This document shows, piece by piece, positions 17,038-25,065 of a DNA stretch of 33,803 nt. Positions within the stretch are counted from its first letter, which is position 1. Each line of letters opens with the position of its first letter. Both the position numbers and the translations under genes were made by a program. The notes under the pieces are model-generated. The model ran no database searches and was not told where the DNA came from. It saw nothing but the letters and a program-made list of their open reading frames with translations. This DNA comes from an uncultured Eubacteriales bacterium. GTDB taxonomy: Bacteria; Bacillota; Clostridia; Oscillospirales; CAG-272. The stretch lies in the NCBI GenBank assembly GCA_934462885.1, contig CAKSJC010000001.1, forward strand, positions 1-33,803, given 5' to 3'.

Positions 17038-19623
17038 TCAAAGAAGCTTTTTCCACTCATAAATAAGGTTCATAGCTTCTATCGGGGTCAGAGTGTTTAT
17101 GTCTGTTTTTTTCAGTTTTTCTTTTATTTCTTCAGCCGCGGCGTCAGAGAAGCATAAATTCATTGAAAGCTCTTCTTTGTGCGCCGTGTTTTTTTTCGGT
17201 TTTACGCTTACTTTTTCGCCCGCTTCAAGGTCGCGCAGTATTTCTTTTGCGCGGCGTGTGACTTCTCCGGGAACTCCGGCGAGTCTTGCGACTTCAATAC
17301 CGTAGCTGTCGTCGGTCGGACCTCTCACGATCTTTCTTAAAAAAGTGATGTCCTCGCCTCTTTTTTTGGCTGCGATGTTATAGTTTACGATTCCTTTTAT
17401 TTGTTCTTCAAGTTCGGTAAGCTCATGGTAGTGAGTTGCGAACATGGCTTTCGCGCCTATTTTGCGGCTTACCGTGTATTCGGCTACCGCGCGGGCTATG
17501 CTCATACCATCATAGGTGGATGTTCCGCGGCCTATTTCGTCGTAGATGATGAAACTGCGGGATGTGGCGTTATTTAGTATATATGCAACCTCACGCATTT
17601 CTAACATGAACGTAGATTGCCCGGAGGCGAGATCGTCTGACGCGCCTACGCGGGTGAATAATTTGTCGGCTACCCCGATTTTCGCGTAAGAGGCGGGAAC
17701 GAAAGAACCTATCTGCGCCATAAGGATAATGAGCGCGGTTTGACGCATATATGTGGATTTACCCGCCATATTGGGGCCGGTTATGAGCATGAGGGAGTTG
17801 TCTTCGGTGTCGAGGTATGCGTCGTTCGGAACGAAATACGAATCCGGGACGAACTGCTCGACTACGGGATGACGTCCGTTTTTTATATCGATAACGTTTC
17901 CTGCGTCTACAATCGGGCAGACATAAGAGTTTTGCGACGCGACTTCGGCGAGGGAAATAAAAGCGTCGAGCTTGGCAAGCGCGCGTGCGCTTTGTCTTAT
18001 GCGGGAAGCTTGAACGTTTACGGCGTCGCGCACCTTTACGAAAATCTCATACTCGATAGCTTTAAGCTTGTCGTCCGCTCCGAGAATGGTGGCTTCCATA
18101 TTTTTAAGCTCGTCTGTTATGTAGCGCTCTTTATCGGACAGCGTTTGTTTTCTTATGTACCCGTCGGGTATAGAATCGGCAGCTGAGCGCGGAGCTTCAA
18201 TGTAATATCCGAAGACTCTGTTGTAGCCGATCTTCAAATTTTTGATGCCGGTTTTTTCTTTTTCTTCGGCTTCCGCTTTTTTTATCCAGTCTTTTCCGTT
18301 ATTCATAATATAGCGGAGTTCATCGACGTCGGAATTGTATCCATCCTTGATGATTCCGCCCTCTCTCACGATAAACGGAGGGTTTTCGTCGATTGCCTCG
18401 TCTATGAGAGAGCATATATCCGAGAGCTCGTCAAGCTCATCGTATATTTTTTTGAGTTCTCCGCTTTTTATATTTGATATAAGAGCACGGATATCGGGGA
18501 TAACGGAGAGTGTCTGCGCGATAGCTCGGAGATCGCGTCCTCCAGCGGTAGCGTATGTCACCTTTGTTATGAGTCTTTCGAGATCCAAAACGGGAGAGAG
18601 CAGTTCTCTTAACTCCTCTCGCAGTACGAAGTTGTCATATAATTCTGAGACCGCCTGTTCGCGGTTTAATATTTGAGTGAGATTTGTGAGAGGATGTTCG
18701 ATCATTTGTCTTAAGAGTCTCGCGCCCATTGAGGTACTCGTTTTGTCGAGTACCCAGAGAAGAGATCCCCGTTTTTCTTTAGAGAGCATTGTTTCGCAAA
18801 GTTCGAGGTTTCGGCGCGTTGACGAGTCCATTTCGAGAAACTGCGACGACTCGTAGACGTTCAGAGATTTTAAGTATGATATGTCACATTTTTGCGTGTC
18901 GGCGATATATTTAAGGGCAGCTCCGACCGCGATTATAGCAGACCGAGGCTTTCCCGCTGTTTGTTCCGGAGAAAACTGAGCTTCGGTGCGTTCGATCGCC
19001 TCATCGGGAACAAAAAACGCCGATGCAGACTCGGACACGGAGGTTTCCATGCGAGTCTTTATGTGTTCGGCTATTTTCGGGAGAGATTTTAGCGCAGCGC
19101 TTATTATTATTTCCTTCGGATTATATGTTGACAGCTCGTTTATGACTGACTCAGCCGACAGCGTACCCGAAAATGAAGTAGCGGAAATGTAAGCTGTTGA
19201 GATATCGGCAAAGCACATCCCGAGTGAATCTCCGTCAAAATATATCGTGGCAAGATAATTGTTGGATTTTTCGTTTAATAAGTCAGTCTCAATAAGCGTA
19301 CCCGGAGTGATAATGCGCGTGACCTCGCGGCGAACTATCCCACGGGCTGCTTTCGGATCCTCAACCTGTTCGCAGATTGCTACTTTATATCCTTTTTCGA
19401 TTAGCTTGCCGATATATGGTTCGCACGAATGATACGGAACCCCGCACATAGGCGCGCGTTCTTCTTCGCCGCAGTCTCTGCCGGTGAGGGTGAGTTCAAG
19501 CTCTGCCGATGCCACCTGAGCGTCATCAAAAAACATCTCGTAGAAATCCCCGAGACGATAGAAGAGAATGAAATCGCGGTATTTGTTTTTTATTTCAAAA
19601 TACTGCTGCATCATCGGCGTCAT
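17038..19623 (-). CDS. mutS: DNA mismatch repair protein MutS
   Basis: The track ORF begins at a GTG (19632). The ATG at 19623 sits 6 nt after GAGGTG and gives MTPMMQQY, the usual MutS N-terminus. Walker A GPNMAGKST is present. Confidence 0.93.
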   Translation of the reverse strand: MTPMMQQYFEIKNKYRDFILFYRLGDFYEMFFDDAQVASAELELTLTGRDCGEEERAPMCGVPYHSCEPYIGKLIEKGYKVAICEQVEDPKAARGIVRREVTRIITPGTLIETDLLNEKSNNYLATIYFDGDSLGMCFADISTAYISATSFSGTLSAESVINELSTYNPKEIIISAALKSLPKIAEHIKTRMETSVSESASAFFVPDEAIERTEAQFSPEQTAGKPRSAIIAVGAALKYIADTQKCDISYLKSLNVYESSQFLEMDSSTRRNLELCETMLSKEKRGSLLWVLDKTSTSMGARLLRQMIEHPLTNLTQILNREQAVSELYDNFVLREELRELLSPVLDLERLITKVTYATAGGRDLRAIAQTLSVIPDIRALISNIKSGELKKIYDELDELSDICSLIDEAIDENPPFIVREGGIIKDGYNSDVDELRYIMNNGKDWIKKAEAEEKEKTGIKNLKIGYNRVFGYYIEAPRSAADSIPDGYIRKQTLSDKERYITDELKNMEATILGADDKLKAIEYEIFVKVRDAVNVQASRIRQSARALAKLDAFISLAEVASQNSYVCPIVDAGNVIDIKNGRHPVVEQFVPDSYFVPNDAYLDTEDNSLMLITGPNMAGKSTYMRQTALIILMAQIGSFVPASYAKIGVADKLFTRVGASDDLASGQSTFMLEMREVAYILNNATSRSFIIYDEIGRGTSTYDGMSIARAVAEYTVSRKIGAKAMFATHYHELTELEEQIKGIVNYNIAAKKRGEDITFLRKIVRGPTDDSYGIEVARLAGVPGEVTRRAKEILRDLEAGEKVSVKPKKNTAHKEELSMNLCFSDAAAEEIKEKLKKTDINTLTPIEAMNLIYEWKKLL

Positions 19624-19705
19624 ATGGCTCACCTCTCATAGAAAAAATGTTGAAGGCACGGTTCGCTTTGCGGAAATGACATTCCGTTTTTTTCTGAACA
19701 GCGGA

Positions 19706-20143
19706 TCAGTGCTCGTGACCGCAGTCTGAATGGCAGCAGCTGCAATCGTGAGCGCAGGGGCGCTTACCGGTGATAGCGAACTGAAGCTCTCCGTATATTT
19801 CATTTGAAAGAGCGTCGAACGCACTCTTTGCCGCAAGATAAGAAGTATAAACCTCATGATTCGTGATAGCGTCGTAAAGTTCGTCTATGCGTGCCTGAAC
19901 AGCATCGCGCGCGTCATCGTCGGCTTCATTATCTTCACCTTCGGCTTTGGCGAAAGTGTCGGCGAGAATATTCTGCTGTGCGTTGTACTCGGCGATGAGA
20001 GAGTTAAGTTCTTCCGAACGTTCGTAATCTTCAATAGATTTTTCGATATTTTTGCATCTTTCATCCTCACGCACAAGAGCGCCGAGAGCGGTGATAAGAT
20101 CTTTCATTTCTTTAGAGAGCATTTCTTCCATGTTTTCTTCCAT
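19706..20143 (-). CDS. YlbF/YmcA-family regulator-like protein with Cys/His-rich C-terminal tail
   Basis: Helical, Glu/Asp-rich protein of about 145 aa. It lies between miaB and mutS, the same position as ymcA in Bacillus subtilis. The tail is KRPCAHDCSCCHSDCGHEH. The alternative start at 20131 has better RBS spacing. Confidence 0.65.
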   Translation of the reverse strand: MEENMEEMLSKEMKDLITALGALVREDERCKNIEKSIEDYERSEELNSLIAEYNAQQNILADTFAKAEGEDNEADDDARDAVQARIDELYDAITNHEVYTSYLAAKSAFDALSNEIYGELQFAITGKRPCAHDCSCCHSDCGHEH

Positions 20144-20210
20144 CCTTTTTATATTTATAATAATTAAAACCGCCTTTATTTTAATAAAGAGGCGTATTGT
20201 TTTGCAACGG

Positions 20211-21632
20211 TTACTGTATTTCTCCTTCGAGACAGAACGTCTGAACGGATGTGATTTTAACGTTTACAAATTCACCTATCAGACTTTTTTCCGCCGCAAA
20301 GTGAACGGGGCGCACGGGGTCTCCGCGACCCGTGAGCATATTCGGGTCGTTTTTGCTGACATCCTCCGCGAGAACACGTATAGTTCTTCCGATAAAGCGC
20401 GAGTTTCTCTCATCAGAGATATTGTTCTGGAGTTTTATCATTCTCTCAAAGCGCTTGGTCGATACCTCATGAGGCACCTGATCCGGCATGGAGGCTGCGG
20501 GAGTTCCGGAACGCGGGGAATATATAAATGAGAAAATCATGTCGTAGCGGACAGCTTCAAGCATACGGAGTGTATCTTCGAAATCCTCATCCGTTTCGCC
20601 GGGAAAGCCGACTATTATATCCGAGGTGATCGAAACATCGGGCACGGCTTTCTTTAATTTTTCTATCTTTTCGAGGTAAGAAGAAGAATCGTATTTTCTG
20701 TTCATCGCGTTCAGTATTCTGTCAGAACCTGACTGCACAGGAAGATGAAAATGCTTAACAATCTTTTCTTCCGTCGCCATAGCTTCAATGAGACGATCGG
20801 AAGCGTCTTTCGGATGACTTGTCATAAATCTGAGACGGAAGTCGCCGTCGAGAGCGCATATCCTATGCATAAGCTCTGCAATGTCGACGCCGTCTCCGCC
20901 GTTATACGAGTTCACATTCTGCCCGAGCAGAGTTATATCACGCGCACCGCGGCCGATAAGCAGTTTTGCTTCCTCAAGAATATCCGATGCACGGCGGCTT
21001 CTCTCGCGTCCGCGCACATACGGAACTATGCAGTACGAGCAGAAGTTGTTGCAGCCGTACATTATAGAGAGCCACGCCATGTGTTTGGATTCGGGAGCAA
21101 TCGGAATTCCCTCCGATATCTTCCAGTCCTTGCTTAAAATAAATTTGCGACCGCCGCCCGAGAGAGCGTCATGCACAAGCGAAGGAAGAGTCAGAAGCGC
21201 TCCGGTGTCAAATGTAAATGAAACATAAGGATAGCTCATTTTGAGCTTTTTCGCGCGGTTCTCTTGCGTAACCATGCATCCGCCGACTCCGATTATGACT
21301 TCGGGATCCGCATCCTTTATGTGTTTGTACTGACCGATTATTGAAAGAGCTTTTTTTTCGGCGTGTTCGCGTACCGCGCAGGTATTCACGAGAATGAGTT
21401 TTGCTTCTTCGGGGGAGAGCGCCTTGCGGTATCCCATCATTTCGCAAAGTCCTGCAATACGTTCACTGTCAGCTTCATTCTGCTGACAGCCGAATGTTTG
21501 TATATAATATCCGGGGGCGCGATCGCCGATTCGTCCTGCATCACGGTGAATTTTTGCTGTTTTTTCGGCTATATTCAGTTCGGATTGAACATCGGGGTCT
21601 GTCATTCTTGATTCAATATAGTTTTCTGCCAT
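20211..21632 (-). CDS. miaB: tRNA-i6A37 methylthiotransferase
   Basis: UPF0004 N-terminal cluster FGCQQNEADSE...NTCAVRE. Radical-SAM motif CNNFCSYCIVP. C-terminal TRAM-like domain. Confidence 0.9.
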   Translation of the reverse strand: MAENYIESRMTDPDVQSELNIAEKTAKIHRDAGRIGDRAPGYYIQTFGCQQNEADSERIAGLCEMMGYRKALSPEEAKLILVNTCAVREHAEKKALSIIGQYKHIKDADPEVIIGVGGCMVTQENRAKKLKMSYPYVSFTFDTGALLTLPSLVHDALSGGGRKFILSKDWKISEGIPIAPESKHMAWLSIMYGCNNFCSYCIVPYVRGRERSRRASDILEEAKLLIGRGARDITLLGQNVNSYNGGDGVDIAELMHRICALDGDFRLRFMTSHPKDASDRLIEAMATEEKIVKHFHLPVQSGSDRILNAMNRKYDSSSYLEKIEKLKKAVPDVSITSDIIVGFPGETDEDFEDTLRMLEAVRYDMIFSFIYSPRSGTPAASMPDQVPHEVSTKRFERMIKLQNNISDERNSRFIGRTIRVLAEDVSKNDPNMLTGRGDPVRPVHFAAEKSLIGEFVNVKITSVQTFCLEGEIQ

Positions 21633-21658
21633 AATTGAGTGAAGTATTCCTTAAAAAA

Positions 21659-22744
21659 TTATTTCTTATTTTCTTCTTTATAAATGAGTTTATAGTCTGA
21701 TGAAGTCATGATGAAATCTTCTTCGCCGAGTCCCGGAGTCAGAACGACTTGTCCGTCTGAGGTGACGAATATCGCTTCAAAAGGTATGAGGCGGGTTTCA
21801 TAAAAATCAAGCGCGCCGTCAAGACCCATCACGAAAAGCGCTGTGGAGAGCGCGTCCGCAGAGGCTCCGCTCTGCGCGTATACAGCTACGCTTGAGAGTT
21901 CCGTGTCTGCGGGGTATCCTGTTTTCGGATCCATTATTTGATGATACTTTTTGCCGTCCTCTTCAAAGAAGCGTTCATAGTCCCCTGAAACTGAGATAAA
22001 TCCGGATGGAATATACATATATCCTATCACCGCGTCGCTCTTTTGAGGATCTCTGATACCTATTTTGTAGGTTTTTGAATCTTTTTTTTCGCCGATTACC
22101 CCTACGTTTCCGCCTATTGAAATAAGAGCATACTTAACGTCTGTGGAATCGAGATATTCAAGAATCCTTTGCGCTGCGACACCTTTACCGATTCCGCCGA
22201 AGTCGATTTTTGCGTCGGGATCACTTTTTTTAACGGAATCTCCCGCAAGAGTGAATTTGTCTGAGCCGGTGTGCGTCAAAGCTGCTGTTATATCTTCGGG
22301 TTTGGGGACGGGACCGCCGCCGTTTACGTTCCAAATTTCTGTAAGAGCGCCGAGGGTGTAGTCATATGCGCCGTCTGTGAGCGCGTTTACGGAATAGGCA
22401 GCTTCGTAGGCTGAGGTGAAAATCTCGCTCGGAGAGAGAAGCATATCCACTTTTCCGTTTAAGAAATAAACTTCTCATTCGGTATTGTACGAAGAAAGGG
22501 CGGCGTCGACGTCCGCAATGATATCGGCGCATTTTTTTGAAATGTCCGTGAGATAATCTTCGGTAAGGCGACCTCCGTTTTTTGAGGAGTTTGAGAGCTT
22601 TAATGCTATATAAGTGTCAAGAGCAAAAAAGTCGAAAGTCGTGTACTCGTCTCTGCTTGCAGAGCATGATGAGAAAAGAGCGGGAGAAACCAGTACGATA
22701 ACGGACAAAAAAGCCGATACAATACGTTTGATCTTAGTTTTCAT
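21659..22744 (-). pseudogene. apbE: ApbE-family FAD:protein FMN transferase lipoprotein, interrupted by a single in-frame TGA (22475-22477)
   Basis: ORFs 22475-22744 and 21659-22450 are in the same frame (offset 294 nt). Reading through gives ...SSYNTE*EVYFLNGKVDMLLSPSEIF..., a normal-length ApbE of about 361 aa. The N-terminus has a signal peptide and a lipobox-like LFSSC. Confidence 0.75.
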
Positions 22745-22755
22745 GATTCACCTTT

Positions 22756-23286
22756 TTATTTTATTTGTTTTTCTTCAAATATAAACCGAGGAAGTATATT
22801 AAGTATAACACCGCATGTTCCGCCGAAAATGACGGAGGCGAAAAGAAGAATCGGGGAATACGATAAAGCCGCTTTTTCGAAAACGATTGCCGCGGCGGTC
22901 AACTGACCGAGATTGTGCGAAGCGGCGCAGATTACGGATATGCCGATAAAGCTGAAAACTCGGACTCTCTTTAAGATAATAAGAGACAGAATAACGAAGG
23001 AAGCTCCGGCAAGAGAAAAGAAAAACGAAGTAATACTTCCGAAAAGGAGCGAAAGAACGATAACTTTCGCAAAAGAGACAGCTGCCGCATCAGCCGAGGA
23101 GAGACGGTAAGCGGCGGCTGTTATCGCTATATTTGACAAGCCGAGCTTAAATCCTGGAAGCGGGATGAGAGCCGATATGGGAAAGAGTGATTCTACGAAA
23201 GACATAATGAGAGCGGCTGCAAGGAAGAGAGCGTCCTCAGAGACGCGATGCGAGATATTTTTATCCTGCAATGAAGTCTTCTTCAT
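22756..23286 (-). CDS. Gx transporter family membrane protein (Hpre_diP_synt_I-like)
   Basis: ORF 22756-23337. The ATG at 23286 follows AAGGAGG. Polytopic protein containing LPGFKLGLSNIAI, GSITSFFFSLAGA and AASHNLGQL. It ends 11 nt before the apbE start. Confidence 0.7.
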   Translation of the reverse strand: MKKTSLQDKNISHRVSEDALFLAAALIMSFVESLFPISALIPLPGFKLGLSNIAITAAAYRLSSADAAAVSFAKVIVLSLLFGSITSFFFSLAGASFVILSLIILKRVRVFSFIGISVICAASHNLGQLTAAAIVFEKAALSYSPILLFASVIFGGTCGVILNILPRFIFEEKQIK

Positions 23287-23656
23287 CCTGAAAAGCCTCC
23301 TTTGCACTGATTGATACCGCGGTTTTTGCCGGAACACAAACTATGGATTCTCCGGAAGAGGATATCTTCCCCGTTTTTTCGCAGTATTTGTCGGGACAGT
23401 CGGAATCGCGCACATATACCGATCCGTTCTCTATAATTATTGTAAGAGTGTGACCGTTTGAGCTTATACTCACCTCTCTGTCGCTGTAAAGATCGAAAGA
23501 GAGAGAAGCGGTATCATATTTGATGATTACGCTTTTTCCGTTTTCACGGTTCCGGATGAAGAATAAAAGCGTGACAGCCGCAATGATGATAAAGCAGATT
23601 ACTGCACAGTCAGCGAAAGTAACGCGTCTGCGTGGGACATATGTTTTCATAGACAT
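23261..23656 (-). CDS. NusG domain II-containing (DUF1312-like) membrane-anchored protein
   Basis: Starting at 23656 or 23650 gives one N-terminal TM helix and the motif VYVRDSDCPDKYCEKTGKISSSGESIVCVPAK. The longer track ORF (to 23797) would run through the promoter. No clear SD is visible. It overlaps the Gx gene by 26 nt. Confidence 0.65.
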   Translation of the reverse strand: MSMKTYVPRRRVTFADCAVICFIIIAAVTLLFFIRNRENGKSVIIKYDTASLSFDLYSDREVSISSNGHTLTIIIENGSVYVRDSDCPDKYCEKTGKISSSGESIVCVPAKTAVSISAKEAFQDEEDFIAG

Positions 23657-23704
23657 ATAAAAAACTGTATGAATATATAATATGAGAATACAATTTATCA
23701 ACTT

Positions 23705-23733
23705 ATTATACATGATTTTATGAGTTAAGTCAA
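23705..23733 (-). promoter_or_regulatory. Promoter of the NusG_II-Gx-apbE operon
   Basis: The minus strand reads TTGACT (23733-23728), 17-nt spacer, TATAAT (23710-23705). Confidence 0.55.
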
Positions 23734-23842
23734 GGAGAGGAGCGACAAAAAGAAAGAGTACATGATGAAGAATGCGTAATTCCGTCATTTTTCGCAAAGG
23801 AGGATTAATTATTCGGTGTGGTTAGAAAATATCGGGCGATGG

Positions 23843-23877
23843 AAAATAAAAAAGACCTGCAAAAAAGCAGGTCTTTT
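23843..23877 (-). terminator. Rho-independent terminator after tRNA-Leu copy 1
   Basis: The minus strand reads AAAAGACCTGC-TTTTTT-GCAGGTCTTTT followed by TTATTTT. Confidence 0.8.
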
Positions 23878-23878
23878 A

Positions 23879-23960
23879 TGCGGAAAACGGGACTTGAACC
23901 CGTACGGAGAAATCCACACGCCCCTCAAACGTGCGCGTCTGCCAGTTCCGCCACTTCCGC
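23879..23960 (-). tRNA. tRNA-Leu (anticodon GAG), type II with long variable arm; no encoded CCA
   Basis: Manual fold of the reverse complement: acceptor GCGGAAG/TTTCCGC (one G-U pair), D-arm GCG-GAACTGGCAGA-CGC, anticodon stem CACGT/GCGTG with loop TT-GAG-GG, variable arm T-GGA-TTTC-TCC-GT, T-arm ACGGG-TTCAAGT-CCCGT, discriminator A. Confidence 0.88.
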
Positions 23961-23984
23961 ATTTGACTTATCGTCAACGATGAC

Positions 23985-24013
23985 ATTATACAACAAAAAT
24001 CATTTGTTGTCAA
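23985..24013 (-). promoter_or_regulatory. Perfect consensus promoter for tRNA-Leu copy 1
   Basis: The minus strand reads TTGACA (24013-24008), 17-nt spacer, TATAAT (23990-23985). It lies about 24 nt upstream of the mature tRNA 5' end. Confidence 0.7.
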
Positions 24014-24210
24014 TGGTTTTTTATAAAAAAGAAGAGTATGTTGTGTGTAGGTGATATATTGATAAGTGCGGGCAGAAAACACGTGAATACAAGCAAACTG
24101 CCGTAACAGCAGCGGCGCGAGCAGAAAACGTTCCGTTTTTTCTTTTTCACTTACGAACTGTCTCGCCATTCGGAAGGGAGAGGATGATTGGTTCAGAATC
24201 GGAGACAATA

Positions 24211-24236
24211 AAAAGACCTGCAAAAGCAGGTCTTTT
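24211..24236 (-). terminator. Rho-independent terminator after tRNA-Leu copy 2
   Basis: Same stem as copy 1 (AGACCTGC/GCAGGTCT) but with a 4-nt loop instead of 6. A T-run follows on the minus strand. Confidence 0.8.
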
Positions 24237-24237
24237 A

Positions 24238-24319
24238 TGCGGAAAACGGGACTTGAACCCGTACGGAGAAATCCACACGCCCCTCAAACGTGCGCGTCTG
24301 CCAGTTCCGCCACTTCCGC
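24238..24319 (-). tRNA. tRNA-Leu (anticodon GAG), second identical copy
   Basis: The 82-nt sequence is identical base for base to 23879-23960. Confidence 0.88.
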
Positions 24320-24353
24320 ATACGACAAGCATATTTGCCTGTCGACGGATGAT

Positions 24354-24382
24354 ATTATATCACAGCCGATAAGGTTTGTCAA
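24354..24382 (-). promoter_or_regulatory. Perfect consensus promoter for tRNA-Leu copy 2
   Basis: The minus strand reads TTGACA (24382-24377), 17-nt spacer, TATAAT (24359-24354). Confidence 0.7.
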
Positions 24383-24424
24383 TAGATAAAATCAAAAAAT
24401 CGGTAAAAACTCATCGGCAGTCCT

Positions 24425-24655
24425 CTAAAACCACCATACTTTATTGTTTACCGCTATGCATATCATATCAATAAGCCATAGAAAGGGAAAGCCGATTATA
24501 AGAAGCACGATGCCGAGTACAATTCCTGTTGAATTATTTTCATCGATACTTTTTGCAATCCTGTATAATACCCATACAATATCAAGTGCGGGAAGAGCGA
24601 GAATGAGTTTTGCGATCAATGGAAGAGAATCAAAGGCATTTACTATTTCTCTCAT
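24425..24655 (-). CDS. Small (76 aa) two-TM membrane protein, function unknown
   Basis: GGAGG lies 8 nt upstream of the ATG. There are two hydrophobic helices (LPLIAKLILALPALDIVWVLY and IVLGIVLLIIGFPFLWLIDMICIAV). A candidate promoter reads TTGATT-17-TATATT on the minus strand, near 24685-24715. Confidence 0.6.
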   Translation of the reverse strand: MREIVNAFDSLPLIAKLILALPALDIVWVLYRIAKSIDENNSTGIVLGIVLLIIGFPFLWLIDMICIAVNNKVWWF

Positions 24656-24950
24656 CTAAAAAGCCTCCATAATTGTTATTGTGGTACTAATATACGACAT
24701 ATTTCCGCTGAAATCAATAACTTTTTCTAAAATTAACCGCTTTTTAAGAGTATTTTAATGTTGGTTCTGTCGGAGTGAATAAAGTAAAAACAGAAGCTTT
24801 GCCAAAAGATCTCACGCTTATAATTCTAATGTAAAATGTGATCATAACGTCTTTTAACAGTTATTTCGCTTTCAACATTTTTTTCGCGAGAGCGAAACAG
24901 ATAACGGTAAAGAAATACGGATATTAAATAGTCTATTGTTTTCAGTTGAG

Positions 24951-24997
24951 AGTAAAAAATAACGGGTACCTGTTTTTTACACCGAATACCCGTTATT
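24951..24997 (-). terminator. Rho-independent terminator downstream of clpX
   Basis: The minus strand reads AATAACGGGTA ... TACCCGTTATT (11-bp stem, about 18-nt loop) followed by TTTTTT. Confidence 0.6.
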
Positions 24998-25065
24998 TGG
25001 TTACAACTTTGACGTACATACAATAACCGTAATCTTTAGGATTAGTTTTCTGTAAGCAAAGTAAT

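Noticed and set aside
22475-22477. TGA reassignment (genetic code 4 or 25) as the explanation for the in-frame TGA in apbE.
   Set aside because: TGA is the evident terminator of many well-delimited genes in this window (pyrC, pyrK, pyrE, pyrB, the GNAT gene, lplA, lipA, the lipoyl carrier, tgt), each with correct family-typical C-termini. The standard code 11 therefore applies.
23818-24372. Four 60-115-aa ORFs (23818-24054, 23876-24223, 24147-24332, 24184-24372).
   Set aside because: They overlap the two tRNA-Leu genes and their terminators and promoters. Their similar peptide segments are simply translations of the duplicated tRNA sequence.
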